Assembly (NCBI RefSeq): GCF_963921235.1
Contig: NC_086109.1
Coordinates: forward strand, 28,274,001-28,338,000
Length of the DNA: 64,000 nucleotides
Direction: 5' to 3'
Source: Mobula hypostoma
Taxonomy: Eukaryota
Of the stretch, positions 37,637-49,870 are shown one piece after another; positions within the stretch are counted from its first letter, which is position 1; every line of letters starts with the position of its first letter. Position numbers and translations under genes: made by a program. The notes under the pieces are model-generated. The model was given only the letters and a program-made list of their open reading frames with translations, had not been told where the DNA came from and searched no databases.

Positions 37637-40600
37637 TGGGGATAGCAGTGGGCTCAACCTACTCTGCAATAATATCATGGGCTGTGAAGATGCAGAGAAC
37701 TTGATCTGTGTGCCAACAACCAGGACACCCAGCAAGGGAGTGCCAGAACGGATGTAGAAAGGTGAAGGATACGATTCATTACAGTTGTGGCTTCTCAGGC
37801 CATGGTTGGAGGCAGTGTCCTGAAAAGAGAGGGAGGCATGAGAATCACTCACCAAAACAGGCAGAAACCATGGCGGTGCCCTCTCTGTCCGATCTGACTG
37901 CTGACTAGTTCATAGAGCTGGTGAGGACAGCATGCAGGTCAGGCAAACAGCAGGTGATAGCCCCCATGGCGAGCACTGGTGACCCATGGATATACACAAC
38001 AGCATTATTAGGAGGCCAGTATTGCGATGTGGACACAGAGGCATCAGTACCATTAACAGATCTAACCCATGCCCATGACTGGAGAGGCAATTAATATGAC
38101 AAGTGCAGGAGGTGAAACAATGAGTGTAGAGAGAAGTCAGCCCCGGGTACTTGAGACTGAGCAAGTGCAACTTTTTTCAGATTTCTGAGTCTGACCAAAC
38201 AATAAGGGTACTGTCCTAGGGATAGACACATTGAGTGTGATTCTAGATTCGGAAAACAGAGAAATAACATGGACAAGACAGGCACAGCAAATGTGTGATC
38301 CCCAGAGCAGACATTATGGCCCATGGAGAGACAGCAGCCCCATGCAGGGACAGGACACAGGACATTGCTTTTGAATCATGTCAGGAGGTCAGAAGGGTAG
38401 GGGCACAATGTCGCTAAGAGCTGTTAGAAACAGCACAGCTGCCTGCAGAGGTCGCAGAGGGAGAGAAACGAGCAGAAATGGAATGAGTGTGCAGATCACA
38501 GGGCAAAGAGTGCAACAGATAAAGATGAGACAACAGGATTGCAAGCCTGGAGGAAGAAACTACTGGAGCCAATTTAGTAAGCTCACACGGAGATCTGTGA
38601 AACCAGACTAACACATTGAGGGACAGAGCAAAACAGCAGCAACATGTTGTTGATCAGAGAGAGCCTGAGGGAGAGAAGACAGTCTGCCCACAGCCAGGTG
38701 ACCAAATTATAGTAAGAGAATTGCCTGAAATGGCAAGGTTCACTCCCAGGTGGATAGGACTACGGGTGTTACTCCGGGCAGATAACACTAGTGTTTATGC
38801 ACAGACCTGGTGTGGTAGCCAGTGGAAATACTGGACTCAGGCTAAACCAGATGATTCACTTTCTTGTCTCCCTCGCAGACAGAACAAGGGATCAAGTCCA
38901 CCCAGTATCAGTGTCGTTACAGAGAATCTAAATGATGCACACCAGCCTGCTGTGTCACAGCTGACCACACCTGACAAAAGTAGACCCACAGATGAAAGAG
39001 AGCGGAAATGCAAATGCAGAAGTCAGAGGGAGCGCGTGTCAGTGAACTGTGAATTAAGTTTAAAGTATAACGGTAACTATACTTTGTAATGAAGGCTGGT
39101 TTCTGGAGGTGGATGATTAGTTGATCAGAATAGAACGATATTGGGAAAATAGATGGGAAGGGATCAAAATTAAGGCAAACATAAAGTTCCACAACCTCAA
39201 TGATAAAGAGAGAAGAAATCACACACAGCGTCAGAAGGCAGCCACCCCAGCTGTATGGGGAATGAACAGAAATAAGCTGGCTCTTTCTATGGTAGGGCCA
39301 GCAATTGAAAGAACAGTCCAGGAGGAGGTGCCACTGTGCCAAGGCCCTTGCAGATATTTAAGCGGAGAGCAGAGACCACTCCAAACCCTCCTGCAGGTTG
39401 ATCAAAAAGACCAGTTGTCAAGATCATTCTGATAATCTTAGATCGTGGCCTGGAATTTGAACCTGAAACAAGTTTACCTTGCTGCGACCGTGCCCCCAGC
39501 ATAACTATTGATAGTTTTAGCAAGAGAGTGAAGGGGTGATGAGGATGTGATTAATTTCTGGAACTTTCTATTGCCATCTCTGTACAGTCTTGTTAGATAG
39601 TTTAGATGTAGGTACACATAGGTTAGTAATTGGAGAACAGATCCACAGTGAAGGGCATTCTTCACTACCCCACTTAATCCAGTCCACTTTAAAGTTTGGC
39701 CTTCCTGGGACAGATTTCTGTCCAGTAGCCAAGATAATAGTATGTTAGGAGTATTCTGGAGTTTCTTGAATACAGCAGATATTAATTCAAACAAGAACCA
39801 GACCTTAGTTATATAAATGTAAATAAATTCAGGAAGCTTACAATTAGCCTCCAGTTCTTTTATAAATTGCAGTTAAAAGTGCAGACTGTTCCACAGACTA
39901 AGAGACTGCATATGCAAGAGCCAAATACTAAATCAATAGGATTTTGTTAACTGGATTGCATCAAACCAAGATGTAGGTACAGGACAGGGAAATTCTGATG
40001 CCTGTCCAACTAACCCAGGTACAAGGATGGATTGCTCTAAGCACCAAGCCAAATTGGAGAGATCACAAATGGCTTCTTTGGCAGTGAAATCCTGGTCCGA
40101 AGCAAGTCATTGGGTAGTGTGTTCAAGGCCTGGAGCGATTCGACACGGCGAGGCCTGGGTCCTAATACAATCTGCTGTTGGACTATCTAAATGTCAGCCC
40201 ATATAGACTGGAAAGGCAGGGTGTTGAGAGTCGGGTGAGATTAGATTGCTCTGGGTGCCGAGCTAATTTGGAGAGGTCGAGAACAGCTCCTTTAGCAGAA
40301 ACATCTAGGCCCAGATGGATTCACTGACGTTGGGGCTGGGTCCTAATGCAAAATTCAGACAATGTAAATGCTGGCCCAGATAGTCTGGGGGCTTCTCTCT
40401 CCGTGACATTATGGCTGTGAGACTGCCCCCAGTTGCTGTGTTTCATGTCGACAAACTTTATGACAATTTGCCCCACTAATATGATGAATTGAATACTGAG
40501 ACTTTGGGCCTACTCTAGGCCACTCTGGGGTTTGGATCTATGGAGACTGCCTATAAGCAAAAAAATCTCAAGGTTGTATCATTTTTACACGCTTTGATAA

Positions 40601-41120
40601 TAAATGCACTTTGAACTTTGAATCTAAGCACTATGGCTAAATTATTTGCATCATTGTGAGTCAAGTGCCAGCTGGCACACCAGGCTGATGTTGCCTCTTA
40701 GCATGCGAAACATGTATAGGTACAGTTTAGGCAATCATATACCTGGTTTTGTGTACCATATTTGTTTACACTGAAACAGCCCTGACAACATTAATTTTGG
40801 GTATCTGGCTCTCTGTCATCAAAAGGCTTTAGAATATTTGTGATAATTAGTTTCTCTCAAAGACGTTTGGAGCTTCAGAGATGTCTTAGCAATTACAATC
40901 TGCATCCATTATGTATCTCAAAGGAACCCAAAGAATTGAAGTAACCCATGCCAATGTAACTATTGCAATTGGATTGAATCACTCACTGTTATCTTTGATC
41001 TTAAGGATATAAAAATGTGATGTACTTTTAACTACCAAGTGTCTCCATGAGAAAGCCTGCTTGTTGTGCTGAATAAAGACTTCTTTATCACCAGCTGAGA
41101 TGTTCATCGAGGTCGTGGTT
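36223..41120 (+). mobile_element. Degraded, internally deleted retrovirus-like element (boundaries uncertain)
   Basis: Possible decayed PBS at 36223; donor AG|GTGAGT at 36290; coiled coil then two knuckles (CQQPGHPAREC, CGFSGHGWRQC); protease-like VDTEAS; integrase C-terminus PGDQIIVR...PRWIG; strong acceptor at 38877-38878; TATA-like and AATAAA motifs at about 41008-41077; carries unrelated insertions (about 36925-37450 and 40080-40625). Confidence 0.55.
37570..37632. repeat. (AG)n microsatellite
   Basis: Direct inspection. Confidence 0.9.
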
Positions 41121-41246
41121 CCATCTTAGTTGATTTTTAGGTTTGTAGTGATGGTTTTGGGGGCAGGGGAGTTAAGGGGCAGGTTAGGGTTTAGGGACAG
41201 AGATGAGGGAAGTTAGAGTGCTCTGTGGTAGAAGGCCAGTGATCCC

Positions 41247-44200
41247 TGCTATGTTGAGTAAGTCCAAAATATAAAGCTGATCAAAATTAGAACAAGGGAG
41301 CCCAAGAGATGCATGACTCAGTTTTGTTTTTACTTTAAAGGAGGCATGACTTATGATGTGATGACGTGATAACATATACCTTATGTAAACAACAAAGAAT
41401 ACTTAATCAAACAATCCCGTATATTTACAATATTACTCAAATATTATTGAAATATAAATATACAACACTCCTCCCTAGTTAGCTATGAACTCCAACTCAG
41501 TACAGAATGCATCTCAACTCAAATATGTATATCTCTCTAGTCATCTTATATATACTGAACAGTATACTATACAATACAACAACTATGTAGACTTCCCCAG
41601 TGTAGTAAATTTTAAATTATTCCTTTCAGGTGTAACGATTTAATTGCTGTGGAAGATATCTTCCTCTTATGGTATAATATCTTTCCTGACAAGTGGGATC
41701 ACTCTGCTTGACAGGTGAGACTTGTGGCTGTGAAACAATCTCAGTTTCTGAGGCCTCCTCTGTGGGAGTTGTTGGAGTTGTCTCTGGGACTGAAGAAAGT
41801 GGTTCAGACAGCTCTGGACACCTTTCTTCTCCTTTCTCCAAGATGCTCCATCAGCATTTCCATGTTTAGTTGTCCTCTTGGTTCTGATCTTGCAATTGTG
41901 TTCTCCAAGAAACAGAGTCCAGTTCGTGCTGTTAGTGGACCACTCTTCTGTGGATTGACAATGGATACCAGTGGCTGATGATCAGTAACGAGGGTAAACT
42001 CCCTCCAATACAAGTACTGGTTGGAGCGTTTTACAACCCAAACTAGACTCAAGGACTCTCTGTCAATCTGTGTGTAATTTTTCTCTGCAGTGGTAAAGGA
42101 AATTAATGCAAAGGCTATGGGGCATTTGCATCCATCACCCGTAACATCTGACAAGATTGCACCAATACCATAAGGCGAGGCACCACAAACAAGCTTCACT
42201 GAACGATGTGGATCATAATGTGTGAGTACAGTGTCTGGTATCTCCATTTCTTTTACTTTTTGGAAAGCCACCTCACACTGCTTTGTCCATTGCCATTTCT
42301 TCCTGAACAGTGGTAGTGTTCAAGGAGTGAAGCATAGTTGCCAGGTTTGGCAGAGAACCTATCATAGTAGTTGACAAATCCTATAAAGGATCACAATTGT
42401 GACATGCCTTATGGCTTTGGAGCATCCACCACTACTTGAATTTTCTCAGCACACTTGTGTAATTCTTGTGCAACTATGGTGTGACCACAGTAAGTGATGC
42501 TAGGTTGAAAAAACTCACACTTCTTGTATCATGCTCTGAGCCCATAATCTTCTAGTCTTTTTAACACTGTCCTGAGATTTTGGACATGGCCCTTATCATC
42601 CTTATTGATAACAATGATGTCATCCAGATAACACTGAGAGCCTGACAGCCTTGCAACACTTGGTCAATAGCCTTCTGCCAGAGTGCAGTTGCAGATGCTT
42701 CCCCAAAAATTAGCGATAAAGCTCTTTTGGAGCGTTTGTGATAAGAAACACTTTACACTCCTCTTCAATTTCCAGGATGGAGTAGGCCTCAGCTAAGTCC
42801 ATTTTACTGAGGTGTTTCCCTCCAGAAAGGATGTAAAGATATCTTCTATCCTGTGCAGAGGAAATTGATTTACTTTCAGGACAGGGTTGATGGTGACCTT
42901 AAAATCAGTATAGATCCTGACAAACCTCTTCTTCTTAGCTACTGAAACCAATGGCATTGCCTATGGGCTACACTCAGCCTTGGAAAGAATTCCTTCAGCT
43001 TCCATGCAATCTAGCTCACTGGCTATTTTATAATGGATAGTGTAAGAAACCAGGCTGGTTTTGCATAACTTGTATGTGGCATTTTCATTTAATGCTGTTT
43101 TACACTTGATATGTTTGAGTTTTCAATACCATCCTTGAATACTACTGTGGCATCATCCAGTACCTTTATTAATTCACTTTTAGTTGACTCTATTGCAGGG
43201 AATGTGGCATGCAAATGGTGGATGGATTTCCAATCAAGTTGTAGTTGTCTCAGCCAATCACATCCCCACAACGTTGGCCCTGATGATTTTACCAGTTACA
43301 AGTCAATTACGTGCCTTGTTGGTCATTGTGTTTCATTGCTACGAATATTGTTCCCGCAGGAGTTATCTCTTCTCGGGGCTCATATATTTAAGGATAAATT
43401 AGCTCGTTAATATTCTCATATAAAGCCTATATGTGATAGATGTCACTCCGAGAGAGCTTCTTTAACTCATATGTTTTGGTAATGTCCTCTTTTAAAAAAA
43501 TACTGGAAAGATATCTTTGATATTATTTCAACTGTTTTGAGTATTGATTTACAACCCCACCCTATTACTGCAATTTTTGGTTTACCCATGATAGAATCAA
43601 ATCTTTTGACATCTTCAGCTTATCAGATGATTACATTTCTTGCACTAATGGCCAGAAGATCCATTTTGCTGAATTGGAAAGAGATCAATCCCCCCACCAC
43701 ATTTCATTGGTTCTCTCAAACTATGTTGTGTTTAAACTTAGAAAAAAATAGAAGTGTTATTTATGATCCCTCTATTAAATTTGAAAAGACTTGGAGGACA
43801 TTTATTCAATATTTCCATACGATGTAATTTGACCTTTTCCGAACCTATTTTATTTCTTTTTAGTATATGTTGAGGGGAGCGGAGTTAATGACACTAATGG
43901 TTTTTTTTATGTTTCACAACAGCCCATGTCTTTTTTGTCTGTAGTTTAGTTGATAGTCTTGTTAGTTTAGTTTTTTTGGGGGGGGGGGTATATATATTTT
44001 TTCCTTTTTTCCTTTTTCATGTTAATTTGTTTATATATAGTATTTGTATCCTGTATGATTGGGTGGTTTAATATCCATGTGCTAGCTGGGTTTATATTTA
44101 TATATGATAATTACAACAATGTAATCCCAATAACTTTGTATGATTATTACGTTGTGTTAATCTTTATCATTACAATACTAATAAAAAGATTGAAAAAGAA

Positions 44201-45723
44201 GAAAAAAAGTTATCTCTTCAGTAGAAGTTCTAAGTTGGATATCTGCATGCTTCATTTCAGATTCTTTGAAATGCCATTCACATTCATTTTGTGGAATGAC
44301 TGAAACAGCCGAGCCAGGGCCCAATTCCATTTTAATGAAATTGCCGTTCACTTCTGGCATAAGCCATTTTGATTGTCTCCTGTCCGTTTTCATATTGTAA
44401 ATCTTAAGGCTACTCAGTCCTGTATCACTCTCATCATTATCAATTATTTTCATCAACAACATGCAGATCAGTGCTCTTTTTGAAAGTGCTACTTGACTTT
44501 TTAAACTCTTTTTCTTTTGCCCATGCAGTCCATTTATTTTTGTCTGTCCAACATGCTCTTTGTACAAGTCCTAAATTGTTGCATTTTCTGTCAGTTTCAC
44601 ATTTAAACCTGCATTGGTCTGATGTATGTGAGTCCTTGCCACAAAAGTTCAGCCAGACAATATTTCTGTTTGGACATTACAATTTTGTTCACACTCACTT
44701 TCATTCCTGACTGCAACTAATTTGCATATCTCTCTGCTGTTTGATGCAGCTACTTCAGCTCCTCTTTTAAATACAAGTTGTGCATCAGTTAGGAGCTGCT
44801 TTTGAATGCTTTCTTGGAAGATTCCACAAACTAAATGATTTCTCAGTGAATCACTAAGCCCATCACAGAACTGACCATGCTCAGACAATTTCTTCAATTC
44901 AGCCACATATGTTGAAGTAGATTCCCCTTCCTTTTCATTCTGCTTATGAAACCTAAAGTGCTCTGAAATCAACAATGGTTTTGGTTCAAAATTTTCAGCA
45001 AAGCTCATTTCAGCTAGTTTTGTTGGAGCAGTTAAACTTTTAAGAAAAACTGTATGCCTTTAAATCCAATGCACTCAGCAAGATCGGCATTTGCTTTTCA
45101 TTGGCTAGTTCATTGACTTCAAAATACTGCTCAATTCGTTCAACCAGTTGCTCTGGTTATCTTTTGTGCTATCAAATGCAACTATCATTCTGATGTAGCC
45201 AGCCATTTCTCCTCTTTTTTTATTTATGATTACCATCAACCAATACTCTGTATTTTTAAACCCATGAATTCATCCATTTTCTGCCTTTTTTTTAACCTGA
45301 CTATTTCTCTAGCAAAGACAAAAAACGTGCTGTGATTTTTTTTTACTCAAAAGTCCCAGAGCTATTTCTTTTTAACTCAAGAGTCTCACTACTCATTTTT
45401 TAACATGAATGTGTTGCTGCACTTCAGCAGGTAGCTAGCTATCTCAGGTTTCTTTAAAAGTTCCATGTTGCCACTGTTATGTTTTGTAACTCCAAAACAT
45501 AAAACATGCTGAAATAAAAACAAGGGAACATGAGAGATGCTTGTCTTAATTTTGTTTTTACTTTAAGTGAGGCACACCCTTATGACATGGTGGCGTGATG
45601 ACATAATCCACTCACATATTTTAGTATATAACCCGTAATTGATTATGTAAGCAAGCAATGCTTAATCAAACAATATATTTACAATATTACTCAAATATTA
45701 CTGAAATATTACATACACAAAAA
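41247..45723 (-). mobile_element. Old Gypsy LTR retrotransposon, integrase largely deleted
   Basis: Diverged LTRs 41247-41467 and 45475-about 45723; PPT (ctcctccctag on plus) at 41468; decayed PBS tggcaacatgg; gag EHFRFHKQ...LVCGI, protease MELGPGSAVSVI, RT YLDDII (about 42610-42630), RNase H GASPYGIGA...TDHQPL; TSD atccc/ttccc. Confidence 0.88.
43373..44207 (+). mobile_element. 5'-truncated L1-clade LINE nested in the Gypsy element
   Basis: CDRCHSERASLTHMFW*C ORF2 C-terminal zinc motif; AATAAA plus A-rich tail; 12-bp TSD agttatctcttc (43361-43372 / 44208-44219). Confidence 0.9.
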
Positions 45724-47509
45724 TTCCCATGAATCAACGTTGGGTCACCAGGTAATGAGTATATAAACCAATAATCCCCATGGTTAATGATGGAGGTCAG
45801 CAGGACCTGTGGATGAGGGTTGGTGAACCCCCAGGTCAGCAGGTCCGGAGGTCAGACACCTGATGTCTGCGAGTTTTTGAGTCTGGGCCATGTATGACCA
45901 TCATCCCCCCTCTTCCCTACCACCCAGGATGCTAAGTGCCATGGTTGGAGGCCCAGACAAACCCTGAGTTTGAAGCCTGGAGTTCAAACTCCTATGACAT
46001 GCAAGTCTTGGGGTCAAATCTGAAAGTGGAAGATTGGAGTCAGCCAGTATGGGACTCATTGTCTGATGGAGTGAAGCCATATTGAAAAGCCATAAGAGCT
46101 TCTGAAGTAAATTTTATAGTAATTGAGCTTTGCTCATAGATTCTCATCTCTAGTAGTAAGTATTGTCAAAATCTCAAAAAATGGCAAAATCCTTCTCAAT
46201 TAATTAAAAGCAAACAATAGTGGGAACTGGTTAGTTCTGAGTTCAATTGTACAGTTTGTTTTAGGTAAAAACATGTTTCTGGTAAGTCAACATCAAAAGG
46301 ACAACATAGGTCACCCAAGGAAAAGACACTATGGGCTACAACTGCAAGACAGATGGTATCTGTAAACTCTAGATAAACTTCACAGGAATGCATTTCTCAG
46401 AATGATGAGGCAATTTCTAAAAATAACTGGTACATGTCCTGACAATTACTTTTATAAGTCTGTACTTTCTCATTGTTCTCTAGAAATTCCATTGAAAATC
46501 TTTCCACATGATTTTTTTTTATATTTGTTTAGTGAGAGTAATCATTATAGAACAATGACATTAGGGTTCATTCTTCAACACTGTGTGCAAAGTGATATCT
46601 ATCAGTTTCTCCTCTGCAGATAAAACTATTCCTATAATCCATTTGTTTTCAATGGAGGTACCTAAATAATACAACTCTAACTGTCTAGGATGACTATAAA
46701 AAGTAAAATCATATAAATTTCTAAATAGTTCTTTTCCTGTTTTATCCTCCCTTATTGTTGGTATTTCTCCGTTTACTGTTCTATTAATTTAGAGAGTTTG
46801 TTCTCCCGCAATCTCCATAGATGCCTGTAAAACCACTGCTTGGTTTACAGCCAAGAAGCAAGCATAAACATCATGGAAAAGAAGAAATGAAATGCTTCCC
46901 GCTCACCCTATGCAGAAACAGTTCCCTGTAACTCAAAGAATTTCCAGCCAAAACTTCTGAAATATATCCTCCACAGATTCATAAGTTCAAATTTTGGTCA
47001 AAATTAGGATTTCAATTTAGCTACTGTACCTCTGGCAAAATTGAATATACTTAAAATGTAGTTAGCACAACCACATTTGGTAGATTTTATTATTATATTG
47101 ATCTATCTCAAGGGAAATAAAAATGTATGAAAGCTTCATAAGTAACTGCTATTCCATTCCAACATATTAACTCAGACTTCCAGCTCGCATAGCGTTTCCC
47201 TCTTCTGCTAATTTTACATTTAATTCATCTTCTCCTATCTACAGCTTCTCAGAAATACCTTTTGCAATTTTCCAGCCATTATCAGTGGCTCTACTGCCAC
47301 TGTCATTCCAAGAATCCTGCACTCCCCCTGCATTTTATTTTCCCTCACCCTAGCTTCCTTTCTTTGTAACAAAACTCTTTCTGTCTTTCCTCAGTTTTGT
47401 TTAAAGATTATTCATCTGAAATGTTACAATCTCCCCTTTCCACAAATGTTGCCTGGAGTTGAATACTTCCAGCCCTCTTTCTGTTTTATTATATGTAATG
47501 TAGTTTATT

Positions 47510-47990
47510 GAAGGTAGGTTCTTTAAGGTTGTTATAGCTGGGGGTGATAATGGGGACAAGCTCCCACTACTTATTAAACGCTCTCAATGGTGTGTGCCTC
47601 ACATAGCCTCTGACAACTAAGTCCAGCTCCTGGCCTTCATGTGTGACAGAGAAGGGGCAAAGGCGGGTTACTGGTGCCGTAAAGCTAGTCGCTTTGGGCA
47701 GATGGGGCTCATCAGCTGTGGTTGGCAGTTCATCTAGGAGAAGGAAAACTCTGATCTCAAAGTTCTGTTGCCTTGTGGCCATACCCAATCATGGGGAAGG
47801 CATCAGTAGTAAATCCCGAAGGGAAAAATCTAGAGCTGGATTTCCTAAGGCGGTGCTACATTGAGATCAATGCTGACTGGCAATTTCTATGACACTTCTG
47901 GTACAAATTGTAATGGTCTCCGCTCAGGCTTGCATATCTAGACAGCTAGGATGCAAACTCTGACCGACAGAGACCCTCACCTTACCCTCA
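47510..47990 (+). mobile_element. RTE-related 5' region or non-autonomous retroposon
   Basis: ggcagttcatctaggagaaggaaaactct motif resembles RTE-clade 5' UTRs (recalled similarity). Confidence 0.45.
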
Positions 47991-48889
47991 CTACCGAAGG
48001 TACAAGAGATGGAGGGGACACCCAGGGTTACAAACGACCTGACTTAATCTAGTTTGACATAAATTCTCCTACATCTGTACATCTGTGCAACAGTTTTGAT
48101 GTTGATGGGTTAGGATGGACAATAGTTTTTGATGGTCTTATAGATCATGGTCCCAGGGTGCTTGCTGTTGCACGGTGGGTGGTGGGAGAGCTGATGCTTG
48201 CAGAAGTAAGGGGGGAAGGAGAGGGTGAAGGATCAATGCTTTTGCTGCTGTTTGTGCATGGGAGGAAGCAGGGGAGCTTTGTATTCTGTCGTTCAATCTT
48301 TTTTTCACTCTCTTTTACTGCCTGCGAAGAGTAAGGATTTCAGATTGTATAGTGTATATGTTCTCCGATATTAAATTGAACCAATTGTTCAATGGTTCAA
48401 TAATTGCATTTAATATCAGAGAATACATACAGTATAAAAACCTGAAATCCTTGCTCTTTGCAGACACCCACGAATCAGGGGAAAACTCTCAACATTTTTA
48501 GGGTTCAAACGTTCTAGGGGAGGAGCTAAAGACTTCTTCAAGTTCATCTGCATAGCATAAGCTGCCTAGATTTTCTCTGATTTTGTCTGTATTCTTTCTA
48601 TCTTGGTACACATGACACTAATAAGCCAATAACCAATGAAGTTTTTAGGCATTTTCCAAGCTGGTACGAGTAAAATGATTCAGTATACTGTATATTCTAA
48701 CAGTTTAATTATGGCTAGTGTTAGGTATTATTCAATAAAATGAAAGAAAATGCAAGTTTATGTAGAGTGATAGATGTGGGTGGCTAAAAAAAAAATGAAC
48801 TTGCAGCGAAATTGGTTTCCATACAGTTCTCAGTAATGGACACTACTTGGAGACTTCCCATATAAACAAAGTCCTGCGAGTGCTCACCT

Positions 48890-49570
48890 CACATAACCTC
48901 TCATGGTCCTAAAACTCATCCTACACAATTGAGAAAGCTTATCAACATGCCCACTTTGCACATTAGTTCTTGCGGACTTCGAGAGATGGGGAGTAGCGAG
49001 CATCCTAACATGTTGCATCACTGTGTGGTAAGGAAACAGCATTGCGGCGGACCAGGGAGGGCGGGCTTTACAATGGGTAGTCACAGCTGCCCAACGCATT
49101 TCCAGCACCAGCCCACATGGCATTAATGACATCTACACAGAAAGGTGCCAGAAAAATCTAACAATATCACAAAGGATGCCACTCACCCTGTTCATGGACT
49201 GTCTGCCCTACTCCCGTTTGGGAGGGGTTACGCAGCATCCAAGACAGGACCAGCAGACTTAAAAACAGCTTCTTTCCCCAGGCAGTAAGGCTGATCAACA
49301 TCCCCACCCACTAACCCACCCCTCCACACCCCTCACCACCACTACTTTATCATTTCCTATCAGTGACAACTTATGTACAGACACTTCTGTGCCTAGCATC
49401 AATTTACGGACATACAATCTATGTATATAAGCTATCTTATGATTTTTTAAATTATTATTTCCTTTATCTTGGTGTGTTCTAATATGCTGCACCAGATCTG
49501 GAGTAACAATTGTATCATTCTTCTTTGCACTTGTGTACTGGAAATGACATTACACAATCTTGAATCTTGG
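48890..49570 (+). mobile_element. Rex/Babar-like LINE 3' end
   Basis: Decayed HP.HGL...LP.GRG...RTSRLKNSFFPQAVRLIN; caatcttgaatcttg tail. Confidence 0.75.
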
Positions 49571-49659
49571 ATATGTAGAAGTCACCACCAAGTTGGACAG
49601 CAGTGTTGTGCAGCAGGGGCAGAGTTGTAGAAGACATTAACTTGTGAGCATAAAGGCCA

Positions 49660-49870
49660 TCCTCATTTCAGCAAATACTGTAAGTCAACTATGGCTTGAA
49701 ACTCGGCCTCCAAATGCTCATAGTTGCAAGGGTCATCTGCACACTGTAGCTGAGACTCAGCTGATATGAAATCCATCTTCTCTAGGTTGAACCATCTCCC
49801 ATCTGTTCTGACAACCAGATCTCCTCTCATAGAATTTTGTTTGGAGGCATTGTGCAACATTGCAGCTAGG
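49660..49870 (-). mobile_element. RTE-clade LINE RT fragment
   Basis: RTDGRWFNL...QLQCADD...HLEAEFQAIVD resembles RTE YRTDGKLFNL...LQYADD...HSE..LQ. Confidence 0.7.

Noticed and set aside
47600..47660. Possible HDV-like ribozyme (ctcctg-gcc-ttcatgtgt) in an RTE-like 5' region
   Set aside because: Complementary P3', P1' and P4 segments are not present in this copy, so the fold cannot be completed.
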